A stretch of DNA of 64,000 bases from Calonectris borealis (Eukaryota), in NCBI RefSeq assembly GCF_964195595.1, contig NC_134312.1:201217140-201281139 (forward strand). The letters are read 5' to 3'. The position numbers and the translations under genes were made by a program. This document shows, piece after piece, positions 23,101-35,549 of the stretch (the first letter of the stretch is position 1; every line of letters starts with the position of its first letter). A model generated the notes under the pieces. It was not told the origin of the DNA, did no database searches, and saw only the letters and a list, made by a program, of their open reading frames with translations.

Positions 23101-24896
23101 GTAACTCAGTTTTTAAAGTTGTTTCAGTCTTGTACGTATCCTTCTGGGTTGTTGTTACAGAAAACAGTCAAACTACATTGCAATGAATTTCAGTGAGGTT
23201 TTGCCTGTTCCTCTGATCGTTGAGAAGTCTAGTGCTTATTTTGTCCTTACAAAACAAAGGAAAATTAAATAATAAAATTATACAACTACTCACATTGCAT
23301 TGAAATTGCACTATTAAAATGAGACCATACCGAAACATAAAATGTAAAGTTTCAAAATGTTAACTCTTGTATTTTCCAGTTATATTCTTAAATAGTATAG
23401 TTGTTATAATGAAGAAAGATATGAATAGGTAAGACTACCTGGACATGGAATTACTGTTACTGTAGGCATCTTACCTTTGAAATTCCTTACAGACTTCCCA
23501 TTCTATTATTAAAGGTAGGCAAACATTTCTGCATTTAATCTCAACATACATATATATTTAAGACAGTACACTCAGGCATCTGACAGTTCTCAGCTTACTA
23601 ACCTCTCACTTTGAGTAAATTATCAGTGATTTTAAACAAATGCAATTGCTAGCTAACTTTGTGCTTACCCAACACCACATGTAAATAACCTCGTATGTCG
23701 GACATTATCTTTCACAATCTGGAAGGTCACACTCTCGTTCTGAATGTGTCCATCCGATATAAGAAGAATGTTACGGTGTCCTTGAGAAGGAAATAGCAGA
23801 TGTAAGTAACGTAAGGTCTTCCATAAATCAGTGTTTCCCAATGTTGCGGTAGCAGACTGAAAAGTAAAGTATTACAATTTTAGTTCAATTTATTTTTTCC
23901 TAAAATAACATATAATGTATAATTTAATCTTTATTTCATTACACGTGACTCCTGGTTTCCAAATATAAGTAATTAATTCTTAAGTTTTATTTGTTCCTCC
24001 TCTTCTATAATTACTATTAAAGATAGAGCTTAAGGTCCATCTAGTCCAGTACCTTCTCTGGCTTAGGCAAAAGGCACAGGTAAAAAAGATAAGAAAAATG
24101 GTAAATTCTACTCCTACATTGTTTTCAGAGCTTTCAGTAATCAGTGGTTTGGGGACTTCTTGAATTGGAGTGTTCATCCAGACTATTGCATCTAAAAGCT
24201 ATTTACAGCTCTTACTTTTAATTTGCCTAAATCACTTTCTGAATTGAATTATGGTTTAGCCTCAACGTCAAGCACGACAAGAAGTTCTGCTATTTATTAT
24301 GCATGAAAAGGACTGTTTGGTTTTTGTTTTAAATCTGCTGATTGATCATTTTGCTGGATGTCCTGTGATCCTTAAAAGGTAAGAAACAGCAAGTAACTAT
24401 CCCTATTCCCCTTTTTCCCTGTTTATCCCGGAAAAGAGATTACTGTGTAAGGATTGAACAGAGGCTAAAAAATAATCAGGACAAATCCTCTCCTTGTACA
24501 GCAGGTCTTCCATATATCTGGCCACCTTTGCTTTCTGCCTCCCTAGCTCTTCAATTTGAGATAGAGTGAGCAGAAGCGCATACAGTATTCAAGATGCCAT
24601 AGCAATACAGATTTATACAGCTACCTAAGCGTTTACCTTTCTGACTGTTGCTGAACACTGGGCTGCCAAAGGACCCTTCACAATGGCTCCAGTATCTCTT
24701 TTCTGGGTTAAACCCCAACATTGTACAGGTATAGTTAGTGTTTTCCCCTTTGTGTTACTCTGTATTGATCACCATTTGCATCTTACGATCTCATTTTCAA
24801 GACATCCATATTAGCATCTTACGCATTATGCTAGCATCAAGGAGCTTTAGTTACAGATGAGAAGCCTACTTCTGGCACTGACAAGACATGGTACTG

Positions 24897-25450
24897 TCGT
24901 GGTTTAATCCTAGCCAGCAATTAAACACCACGCAGCCACTCGCTCACTGCCCCCCTAGGGGGGGGATGGGGAAGAGAATCGGGAGGGCACAAGTACGAAA
25001 ACGCGCAAGTTGAGATAAAAACAGTTTAATAATGGAAATAAAATGAAGTAGAGCAGTAATAATAACAATGATAACAACAACAATAATAGAATATACAAAG
25101 CAGGCGATGCACACCCAGCGAGTGCGTGTCCTGAACCGCGAGAGCCCCTCGCTAGCTTTTATACTGAGCATTACGTCACATGGTGTAGAATACCCCATGG
25201 GCCAGCTGAGTCAACTGCCGCGGCTATGCTCCCCGCCCCCCAGCTTCCCCTGCACTTGGCAGGGGATGGGAGGCCAAAAAGTCCCCAATGCAAGCACCAC
25301 CCAGCAACAGCCAAAGCATCAATGGGCCATCTCATTGCTTCTCTCACACCAAACCCAAAACACAGCACCCCCTCAGCTACTGGGAACAAAGTTAACTCTG
25401 TCCCAGCCAGAACCAGGACAGGTACTAACCAAAACCTGTTGTCCTAAGTA
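24897..25450. repeat. GC-rich interspersed repeat resembling an avian endogenous-retrovirus LTR (possible solo LTR)
   Basis: An abrupt GC-rich block inside AT-rich intron. It begins tgtcgtggtttaatcctagccagcaa... and ends near ...ctgttgtcctaag. This is the LTR-like TG...CA style, but terminal inverted repeats and target-site duplications were not verified. Confidence 0.35.
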
Positions 25451-26211
25451 GTCTACATCTGATCTTTTGGTGCCAAAAGCATTTTTCTTTTCACTGAAAG
25501 TCCTCTGGCCTAAGTACTGCTTTCACTTACAAATCATAGACTTCCAGAAGTAAGTCAATCATTTCCTCTCTTTCTGCTGTGAGCAGGCTATGAGAGGTAT
25601 TAAACTCCAAAAGATAAATTTAGGGGTAAACACTGAAAAATGTCCTAACGCTGATAGCTACTCAAGCTTCAAAATAACAACTTAAGTAATTGCTTAAAAC
25701 CAAACTAGAATTAATATTCAGATGTGGCTGTGCTTGTTACTAGGGAAAACAGACTCCAAATAGACTAAATTACAGAAAAATCTTAGAAGCTGGCCTAAAG
25801 AAAAAGAAAAAAAGAGGAAAAGTTGTGTAACAGAGCTTTGCAATGATAAGCATCCTATACAAAGAAGTGTTCTTTAGAATACAACCGAACTAATTTACTT
25901 ACTGTAACAAACTCCTTCAGTGATGCCAAATCATTTATGATGTTCATTGAAAAAGAAGAAAATTCTGTAAAATCTGTGAATAAAGATTGATATTAAGAAC
26001 ATTAAAATATTAAGCATGTAGCAACAATATGGAAACACAAATTTAAGTTTTATGACTGGAATATCAGAGTAGAAGTATTCCATACTGCTACATGTTTCTG
26101 GTTGCAGTTCAGTATATTATGCGGGTTTGATAATAATGATGTGCATGAAATTAAGCCATGACAAGAAGGTAAAAGGTGTTTCTCAGGTAAAAAGGAAATA
26201 GAGAAACTCAC

Positions 26212-26407
26212 TTGTGCCAAATTTGACTACATTCACTCTTTGTCTGAAACAAAATAGTTCCAAAACACGTAAAGCAATCTGCTTGGCTTGGTGTAGAGCT
26301 GAACCTGCCATAGAATTTGAGCAATCTAATAAAATAATAATTTCACTGGACAGCTGCTCTTCTTCAAATGCTGTTTCAAACTCTGGTTGGAATACAAGCA
26401 TGCAAGC
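26212..26407 (-). CDS. PARP4: PARP4 vWA-domain exon (..CMLVFQPEFETAFEEEQLSSEIIILLDCSNSMAGSALHQAKQIALRVLELFCFRQRVNVVKFGT)
   Basis: Acceptor ctatag|GCT, donor A|gtgagt. Matches human ACMLVFQPDLDVDLPDLASESEVIICLDCSSSMEGVTFLQAKQIALHALSLVGEKQKVNIIQFGT. The DxSxS MIDAS motif is present. Confidence 0.8.
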
Positions 26408-28532
26408 CTATAGAGGGAGAAACAAAATCATCAGCGCAGAGGACAGATACTATTTAATTAGAAGTGTATCCAAGCATTTTTGTTTTTCTTATTGCGGAAT
26501 GAGAGCACAATATAGCCATATTTCAAAGTTTTAACAAATATATGTCATTTACTCTTAATGCCTGAAAAGTGCAACTTCCCTGTCCTTTACCTACATCCCA
26601 GGTCTCACATGAAAAACTGAAAAAGGAATTTTGTGGTTTCATGTTCCTATCTGATTCACTCTTCTGCAAACAGCACTGGATTCTCTTCTACAAGTTAAAA
26701 AAATAATAAAAAAATCACAGATACCAATCATCACTGCCACCATCGGTTTGTGAGAAGTACTTGAATTAAAAAAATATGTAAACCAGAAGTGCACACTGTG
26801 CATACTACGAACAGAGATGTTATAAAAAACAAAGGCTTTCAAAAGTGGAACAATGAAATGTTTGAAGAAATGAAAGTGTTTCCAATAGGGAAGGAAAGGT
26901 TTGCAGTTTGGAAACACAAATAGCAATCTCTCTCTTTCTCTTTTCCTTGGGGGAATATCAGTATTACTGCAGTCATCAGAAAGAAACCCCTAAACTAATA
27001 CATTTAAACTAAGCAACTCTGATTAAAAGGAAGAAAAATAAAAGAAAGAAAACAATCTTATCTGTCATTTTACTTATTTTAATCAATTTCAACATTGGAT
27101 TGACAGGTTGGTAACACGAAGACTTTACATTTCACCTCTGCAGCATTTTATCTTATTTAAGAAAAAAAAATACAAAAAGGAGCTGAAAATAACTAAAAGT
27201 GCCAGGGACTTCACAAAAAATGTGGGAGAATGAAACAGCTTCTAATAACCTGGAATCACGTATTTTAAGTTTTAAATGTATTTCTCAGGCAAGGAGTTAC
27301 TGTGGGTGAAGGCAAAAGGGGTTGAACTGGTCCTTCCTTTCCTATCTAACCTTTTATTAATGTTTTCCAGTGGCGATAATGAGCTCTTCTGTGACAGAGC
27401 CACAACTGATTCTGTTTCTGGATGATCCAGAGTGGTAGAAGTGCTACTTATGTCTTTTTCACTTATTAGTGAAAAAGGAAAAGATTCAAATGGTGTAAGT
27501 TGTAAATACAGCCCTAGAAATTTAATGATTTAAAATTTTACTTATTTTTAATGAGTATAGCGATTGCATGACTCTGAAGCTACTTCGTTCCAGCCTTAGC
27601 CATGACTTATTTGTTCACTTCCACCGCTGCAAATGCAACATCTGTATCAAACACTGTAGTAACATTTCTATAAAACACAAACAGCAGCACAACAGTTAGA
27701 AAAAAAGTGTTTTAACAGAAATGATTGGACACTGTGTTGAAACATTTACCCTCTTGCAAGGCAAAGGATAAAACAAAAGCAACAAGATTCTATGCAACTG
27801 AAAAGAAAACTCATTTCTGGAGAATACTCAGCTTAATAAAACAGATCAAATTGACCACTGTCCGTGGTGTGAAATTTTTTCTTCATCTTTTACCCATCAA
27901 AACTAAACTGTTCCTGTTTATTATGTTTTAGCATACTCAGTATTACCTCATGAATAGTACAATTTATGCAGTACCTCACTCATTTTGTTGGGATGCTTCT
28001 CTACCCACATTCGAGGTAGGTAGACCTGAGAAATCCAGATATCTAGAACAAAGCCACTAACGTCCAAGGAGCTGTTCTCCACAGTCTTAATTACAGCCTT
28101 GCAGTCTGTTTTCTAGAAAAGGAGAAAAAATAGGCATTTAAATATTTATTTAATAACAATACAGTGAATATTATTTACTTTGTAAGAACAGGGAATGACG
28201 ACAGCCGATTTAATAGGGGTAGTCCCAAAGCTTTTTGCCAAAAAGGTTATAGAAAGTTTACAAGGTACAGTTTCTATTTACATATTACATTCTTTAAAAT
28301 ATCATTCACTTTCCTGAATGTATTTTTAAATAAGAAGACAACCAAAACAGAAAGGCTTCAAACACAACAGAAATTTTCATCTGAGAGAAGCAGAGGACCA
28401 CGCTGTTTGCAGAATGAACAGTGAACAAAGCCAGACAGATCTGGCACAAGGGTCATCTAGGATAAAAGTTCCATTTGAAATACACAGCAGAACTGCCAAG
28501 GCAGAGACATAGTTACAGTGAAATTAATTTAC

Positions 28533-28614
28533 CTTTATTTTAAGTTTATGTGTCCAACTATGAATGCGTTCAATACTAGATGGCATCTCAATAGACATAT
28601 CCACGGAAAATTGA
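28533..28614 (-). CDS. PARP4: PARP4 exon (QFSVDMSIEMPSSIERIHSWTHKLKIK)
   Basis: Acceptor tttctctttatttag|TCA, donor AAG|gtaaat. Matches human QSFSLTMSIEMPYVIEFIFSDTHELKQK. Confidence 0.7.
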
Positions 28615-29223
28615 CTAAATAAAGAGAAAAGAAAAAAAGCACTGAACGGCACTCCAGGGAAGATGATGTTTAATCTGCATATCATGACATCTCCCATGAG
28701 AAGGGAGATGTCCTTTTTAACACTTTGGATAAAAGTGGAGAATACTGAATTAGTTAGACAAGTTTTTGTTCCTAGGATACCCAAAGAATAACCATGCTGA
28801 TTCACTATGGGTATTCATAGTTTAAAAGTTTAGAAGGGATCAAGAGGCCATTTGACATGATCTCCTCTATAACACATTACATAACATTTAGCCAATTATC
28901 TCTTCATTTAACCTAATGTTTTATTTTCTAAAGCAAAGCTTCATAACAGACAGCCAAACTGGATTTCAGAGAAGGCAAGTTCATAATTTTCCTTGGCTAA
29001 CTGTTCCAAACCTCACTGCTAAAATTGCATGTCTTTTTTTCTTATTCAGCTTTAATTTCCAGTCTTTGCTTCTTAGTTTATTTCTGTAATGACATTAAAA
29101 AGCAATTTGATAGGTGCAATCATACAATACAAGATACATAAAAGACACAAGATACCATACAACATCATGGAATCACCTCCCAGTTTGCAGACAGAGGTTA
29201 ATGTGTGTGGCCTTGAGGCTGTT

Positions 29224-29254
<31 letters not shown>
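29224..29254. repeat. (TTG)n microsatellite followed by T-rich low-complexity sequence
   Basis: tgttgttgttgttgttgttgttgttgttg seen directly. It explains the poly-Leu and poly-Cys pseudo-ORFs at 29089-29371. Confidence 0.9.
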
Positions 29255-30974
29255 GTTTTGGGTTTTTTATATTTTGGGTTTTTTATGTTTTGGTTTGCTT
29301 TTTATTTTTTTAAGGTCTTCAGATTGGCATTTTGCCAATTTCAGCCAGTATTGCCTGACAAAGTAAAATAATCTCTCTTCACTACTTCTTGGTTTGTATA
29401 TTTTGGGACTGTATTAGCTATTTTTGCCACAATATCACAATGGTTGTTCATTCCGGTTTGTTGACTCACTGGGTAGTAATAAACCCTGGGTTATCGGTAG
29501 TCGCTGTATTCCAGGATATAATCTCCCAAGATGTAGATGCGTAGGGCTGCAATCATTTAATCTATGTGCAGCCTTGCATTTCTCAGACTCACAGCATTTT
29601 TGTTACATGGACCCATTTTAATAAATATTCTTGACTATTCTGAGCCCTAACCTCAATTATTATTAATGTACCATGAATCTGTGTATCCTCTGCATATCAA
29701 ATAAGCAAATATTTTCTATTTACAGCCACATCTCCATTATCCTTAAGACGCCTGTGGATAAAACTTGCAATACATATGCACAGCCCCAAAGTATCTGCAG
29801 AGAGAACCAGCCTGAAGCCAGAAAAAGGTATTATGTTATTAATATAATATTAATAAGTTTGCAGCTAACTTGGATGTCTTTGCGCTGCTCCCTCTAGAAC
29901 GTGAAGCTGGAAAGAGTGAGATAGAGATACTTGATCTCCATCCTCACACAATAACTATTCTTAAGTGTTTCCCAATTTTTATTCATATTTTCTAGTTGAA
30001 TTTTCCCTTAACATTAAAAATTAAATTGTATTATCATTTTAAATACCTTTTCTAGAACTAGATGTGTAGAGTATGAACTTGTTAATTTGTTCCTGATATA
30101 TGGCAGAAATAGCATAAAATCTTTAGCTGATTCATACAATATTTCTACTAACCAGTAGTATTGTACTGAAAAAAAGCAAGTTAATAATAGGAAACACTAT
30201 TTCAAGATTAAATATAACTTCAGAAAATTGTAACAGATGTGGTTTTATGCCTGCTTTGCAGACAGAAGAGAGAAGAAACTAGGACATGCTCAGAGAAAGA
30301 ACTTTTCATGGTTTTTAATATGGAAATATGAATAGCATTACATTTTGACACATTTACTGCTACTACTACCTGCATTGCTTGTTATTCTGGTTGAGAATGG
30401 CCATAGGCAGAAATGTTACTGGAAATAAAATTCTAATAGTCAGTTTCCAAGAAGTCTTACTTTACCAGCAACATCAGAGTTTCAGATAATGTAAGTTTTT
30501 ATTTAAAATGCAAATGCAAAGAAAGGCTAAAATATTAAGTGCCATGATATTGAAAAAAATGAAAATCATGCTCTCATTAAGGGAGACCATGACTTGGGAA
30601 TTTATATATAATCCCTAATAACAGAAATGTTTCTGAAACAAAAGGAAGTATTTAGTGAAGAAAGTGTAATAATTAAAAGTTATTCCCCTATGATATTACC
30701 TATCTAAGGATAACAACAGATTAGAGTGAAAGGTGAAATTAAACTAGTTTCTTGATAATGCAACTCACCATCAAATATTCCATATAAATAGAAAAACTTT
30801 AAATTTAAATGTTTTAACTTAATCATTTAAGTTATTGATAAAATAAAGCAGATAATATCAATGAAAGCAACTTACTTTTTCTGTGGTTTTACTTGTTTAA
30901 CACAAACCTTTTTTATTGTATCCTACAAAGAAAAAAAAAATTTTTACCTGCACCAATTACGAAATATTTGTATC

Positions 30975-33540
30975 ATAGAATCATAGAATCGTTTAGGTTG
31001 GAAAAGACCTTTAAGATCAACCGTTAACCTAGCACTGCCAAGGCCACCACTAAACCATGTCCCTAAGCACCACATCTACACGTCTTTCAAATACCTTCAG
31101 GGATGGTGACTCAACCACTTCCCTGGGCAGCCTGTTCCAGTGCCTGACAACCCTTCCGGTGAAGAAATTTTTCCTCATACCCAATCTAAACCTCCCCTGG
31201 TGCAACTTGAGGCCATTTCCTCTTGTCCTATCACTTGTTACTTGGCAGAAGAGACCAACACCCACCTCGCTACAACCTCCTTTCAGGTAGCTGTACAGTG
31301 CGATGAGGTCTCCCCTCAGCCTCCTCTTCTCCAGGCTAAACAATCCCAGTTCCCTCAGCCGCTCCTCATAAGACTTGTGCTCCAGGCCCTTCACCAGCTT
31401 CATTGCCCTTCTCTGGACACGCTCCAGCACCTCCATGTCCTTCTTGTAGTGAGGGGCCCAAAACTGAACACAGTATTCGAGGTGCGGCCTCACCAGTGCC
31501 GAGTCCAGGGGCACGATCACCTCCCTACTCCTGCTGGCCACACTATTTCTGATACAGGCCAGGATGCTGTTGGCGTTCTTGGCCACCTGGGCACACTGCC
31601 GGCTCATATTCAGCCGGCTGTCGACCAGCACCCCCAGGTCCTTTTCCTCCGGGCAGCTTTCCAGCCACTCTTCCCCAAGCCTATAGCGTTGCCTGGGGTT
31701 GTTGTGGCCGAAGTGCAGAACCTGGCACTTGGCCTTGTTGAACCTCATACAGTTGGCCTCAGCCCATCGATCCAGCCTGTCCAGGTCCCTCTGCAGAGCC
31801 TCCCTACCCTCGAGCAGATCAACACTCCCGCCCAGCTTGGTGTCATCTGCAAACTCAGAGGGAGCACTCGATCCCCTCATCCAGATCATTGATAAAGATA
31901 TTAAACAGAACTGGTCCCAATACTGAGCCCTGGGGAACACCACTTGTGACCGGCTGCCAACTGGATTTAACTCCATTCACCACAACTCTCTGGGCCCGGC
32001 CATCCAGCCAGTTTTTTACCCAGTGAAGAGTACGCCCATCCAAGCCATGAGCAGCCAGCTTCTCCTGGAGAATGCTGTGGGAAACAGTGTCAAAGGCTTT
32101 ACTAAAGTCTAGGTAGGCAACAACCACAGCCTTTCTCTCATCCACTAAGCAGGTCCCCTTCTCATAGAAGGAGATCAAGTTAGTCAAGCAGGACCTGCCT
32201 TTCATAAACCCATGCTGACTGGACCTGATCACCTGGTTGTCCTGTATGTGCTGCGTGATGGCACTCAAGATGATCTGCTCCATAACCTTCCCTGGCACCA
32301 AGGTCAGGCTGACAGGCCTGTAGTTCCCTGGATCCTCCTTCTGGCCCTTCTTCTCAAAGGGCGTCACATTTGCTAACTTCCAGTCAACTGGGACTTCCCC
32401 AGTTAGCCAGGGCTGCTGATGAATGATGGAAAGCCAGCTCCCTCAGTACCCTTGGGTGGGTCCCATCCGGCCCCATAGACTTGTCTGTGTCTAAGTGGTG
32501 TAGCAGGTCACTAACCATTCCCCCTTGGATTATGGGGGTTTCATTCTGCTCCTCGTCCCTGTCTTCCAGTTCAGGGAGATGGGTACCCCGAGAACAACTG
32601 GTCTTACTATTAAAGACTGAGGCAAAGAAGGCATGAAGTACCTCAGTCTTTTCCTCACACTTTGTCACTGTGCTTCCCCCTGCATGCAATAAAGGATGGA
32701 GATTCCCCTTAGCCCTCCTTTTGCTGCTAATGTATTTATAGAAACATTTTTTATTGTCTTTTACAGCAGTAGCCAGATTAAGTTCTAATTGGGCTTTAGC
32801 CCTTCTAATTTTCTCCCTGCATAACCTCACAACATCTTTGTAGTCCTCCCGAGTTGCCTGCCCTTTCTTCCAAAGGTCATAACCTCTCTTTTTTTTCCTG
32901 AGTTCCAGCCAAAGCTCTCTGTTCAGCCAGGCCGATCGTCTTCCCCGCCAGCTCATCTGTTGGCCCATAGGGACAGCCTGCTCCTGTGCCTTTAAGATTT
33001 CCTTCTTGAAGAATGTCCAGCCTTCCTGGACTCCTTTGCCCTTCAGGACTGCCTCCCAAGGGACTCCGTCAACCCGTCTCCTAAACAGGCCAAAGTCTGC
33101 CCTCCTGAAGTCCAAGGTGGCAGTTCTGCTCGCCCCCCTCCTTACTTCTCCAAGAATTGAAAACTCTATCATTTCGTGATCGCTATGCCCAAGACAGCCT
33201 CCAATCATCACTTCACCCACAGGTCCTTCTCTGTTCATAAACAACAGGTCCAGTGGGGCACCTTCCCTAGTGGGCTCACACACCAGCTGTGTCAGAAATT
33301 TATCTTCCACACACTCCAGGAACCTCCTAGACTGTTTCCTCTCTGCTGTGTTGTATTTCCAGCAGACATCTGGTAAGTTGAAGTCCCCCATGAGAATAAG
33401 GGCTAGCAATTGTAAGACTTCTCCCAGGTGCTTACAGAATATTTTGTCTGCCTCTTCAATATTTTATCTGCCTCTTCAATGTATGTCATTCCTGACACTT
33501 TCATCACCCTGGAGCTCCTTTGTCTTATTATATCACTAAG
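30975..33540 (-). mobile_element. CR1 LINE, young 5'-truncated copy with a largely open ORF2 (endonuclease C-terminus, reverse transcriptase, C-terminal domain), 3' UTR and (ATTCTATG)n tail
   Basis: Minus-strand ORFs of 341, 170 and 308 aa carry the motifs GDFNLPDVCW..SDHEMIEF, ..[43 protein letters not shown], and ..[38 protein letters not shown]. The tail gattctatgattctatgat lies at 30976-30994. The 5' boundary at about 33540 is approximate. Confidence 0.9.
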
Positions 33541-33639
33541 TTGGGATTGCATGGAACCCTCTTTACTTCATTTAATCATATAGCTTTGTAATCTGAGCCT
33601 CGTAGCAGCTAAAATTCAGATGAACATGTGCATGTTTCA

Positions 33640-33900
33640 TAGAATCATATGTCATCTAGTACAACCCGCCCTGCCATGGGCAGGGACATCTTCAACTAGA
33701 TCAGGTTGCTCAGAGCACCGTCCAACCTGACCTTGAATGTTTCAAGGGATGGGACATCTACCACCTCTCTGGGCAACCTGTTCCAGTGTTTCACCACCCT
33801 CATTGTAAAAAATTTCTTCCTTTCTCTCCCAAGGACACACTGAACTTCAGAACTCAGTATAATACAGCTCTGAAGCAGAAGGCATGATTGTTGAACAGTC
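33640..33900 (-). mobile_element. Second CR1 3'-end fragment, immediately upstream of the large CR1
   Basis: The plus strand is the reverse complement of a CR1 tail: catagaatcata...ccctgccatgggcagggacatcttcaactagatcaggttgctcagagcacc.... The minus-strand ORF ends ..[38 protein letters not shown]. Confidence 0.7.
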
Positions 33901-35417
33901 AGACATACGATACAGCTATACGATCTCACAGGGACTAGGACCACAAGGACCACCTCTGGCTCTTTGCCAGCATTTAAACACAGAGATGACCTCCCCTCCC
34001 GTCTGGAGAATTCAGGAGCCATCAAGGGCATCCAAAGAAATGGATGGGCAACCTTGTCCCTGAAGCAGAGAAGGATAATAGCAGAGTGTTCAGCAGATGC
34101 TCAGCTGCTGTTTCATGATGAAGATAATACAATGTCTTTGCAAGCCAAAGGAAGAACAGCAGCACAGAAACAGCAGGTAACTCAAAATATGAGATCTAAC
34201 ATGTGCCAACTCAAGTCAACTTTCTATGTCCTGCAGGAGCAAATACATCTTCAGAGATACTTAGAGGCTTTCTACCAATCACAGCAATCCTAAGTTTGTG
34301 TTCATGTTGCTTTATGACAAGAATAGTTACAATCAATTATCTTCTAACAAAAGAGAAGAAATGAAAAGGAAAACAATCATAAACTTACTGAAGCCTCTTG
34401 TGTAACTACAATCCCCTAGGCACAGAACTTTTGCTTCAAAACAATGAGATGCTATTTTAAGATTGTATTTGAACAAACCTGTGTGTTTTCATTTAATGCT
34501 TTGTCCTGTTGCCATGGTGACACAGAAGCAGGCATATGAAAGGTGATACAACCATGCTGAAAACTCAGTTCAGTGATATAGGTGATTTTGATCACAACTG
34601 TAGAATTTGGAGATAAGTTTCCAACACTTATTACAAAAATATCCTAAAAAAAAGCAACAAAACCCACAAACCAGCTTTAATAACATCATTAAAGCCTATG
34701 TTTTCCAAAACAATAATTTAATTGGTGTTTAGGCACACTGAAACCAAATACTGACACAGAAATGACTGTTTGGTTTTGGTGACGTGTAAGGAAAAATGGG
34801 ACTGTGATATGAAATGTCAAACTTCTAATAATTCCTTAATTTCTGGCAAAAACTGATCAATAGTAACTGAATAAATCAATCTTTTACAAAAAAAAGGAAA
34901 CCCCCTGGAAGAGAAAAAGCTGTTTTATTGAAGCCATAGCACATAGCTGAAGAAACAATAGTTGTTTTTAAAAATGATCAAATGTATGGTCCAAATAAGT
35001 TCTAGTAAAAAGGAGTTTCCCAACAAAGACATGCTTCAGCAAAGAATCTGTAATTGGACAGCTGCAAAATTTTCAAGTAGGTACTAAACCATGATATTCA
35101 ACATACCGGTGCATCCTGGTCCATTAGATAAGCTCCATCACCCTGACTGATAGCTTTCCGATATTCCCTATGTGCTTGTTTCTTTTCTTTAACCTACGAA
35201 AGATTGTTCCAAAATAAATCATTTCATCTCTATAGACAGAAAACTTGACCAATATTCTCTTAAATGACATGACTATCTTGAAATCCAGTGAAGTGGTAAC
35301 AACAAAGGACATGAGAGAAACTGAAATTAGTGTTGCACATCTTCATTACTAATTAAGTGCTTTCAGATCTTGAGATTGAAGGAGCTACATCAAAGGCAAA
35401 GCACAACAACATTTTAC

Positions 35418-35549
35418 CTCTCCAATGACATGTTTTCCATTGATAAAAGCTTCAAATCCACAAACAGCAGCTTTATCATCCAAAGGAAAGACATATTTGG
35501 CTTCAATTGGTTTACTGTTTTGATTGGTGTAGGTCTGAAACATTACTAC
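35418..35549 (-). CDS. PARP4: PARP4 VIT-domain exon (VVMFQTYTNQNSKPIEAKYVFPLDDKAAVCGFEAFINGKHVIGE)
   Basis: Acceptor tttcag|GTA, donor GAG|gtaaaa. Matches human VIVFQTYTNKSHVPIEAKYIFPLDDKAAVCGFEAFINGKHIVGE. Confidence 0.85.

Noticed and set aside
29089-29371. ORFs encoding poly-Leu and poly-Cys stretches
   Set aside because: These are translations of the (TTG)n microsatellite and the adjacent T-rich low-complexity sequence.
31057-31926. Plus-strand ORFs (250 aa and 75 aa) and other long ORFs antisense to CR1 ORF2; likewise the 126-aa plus-strand ORF at 15338-15718
   Set aside because: They are antisense read-throughs of the CR1 reverse-transcriptase coding region. They are Pro/Leu/His-rich with no domain similarity.
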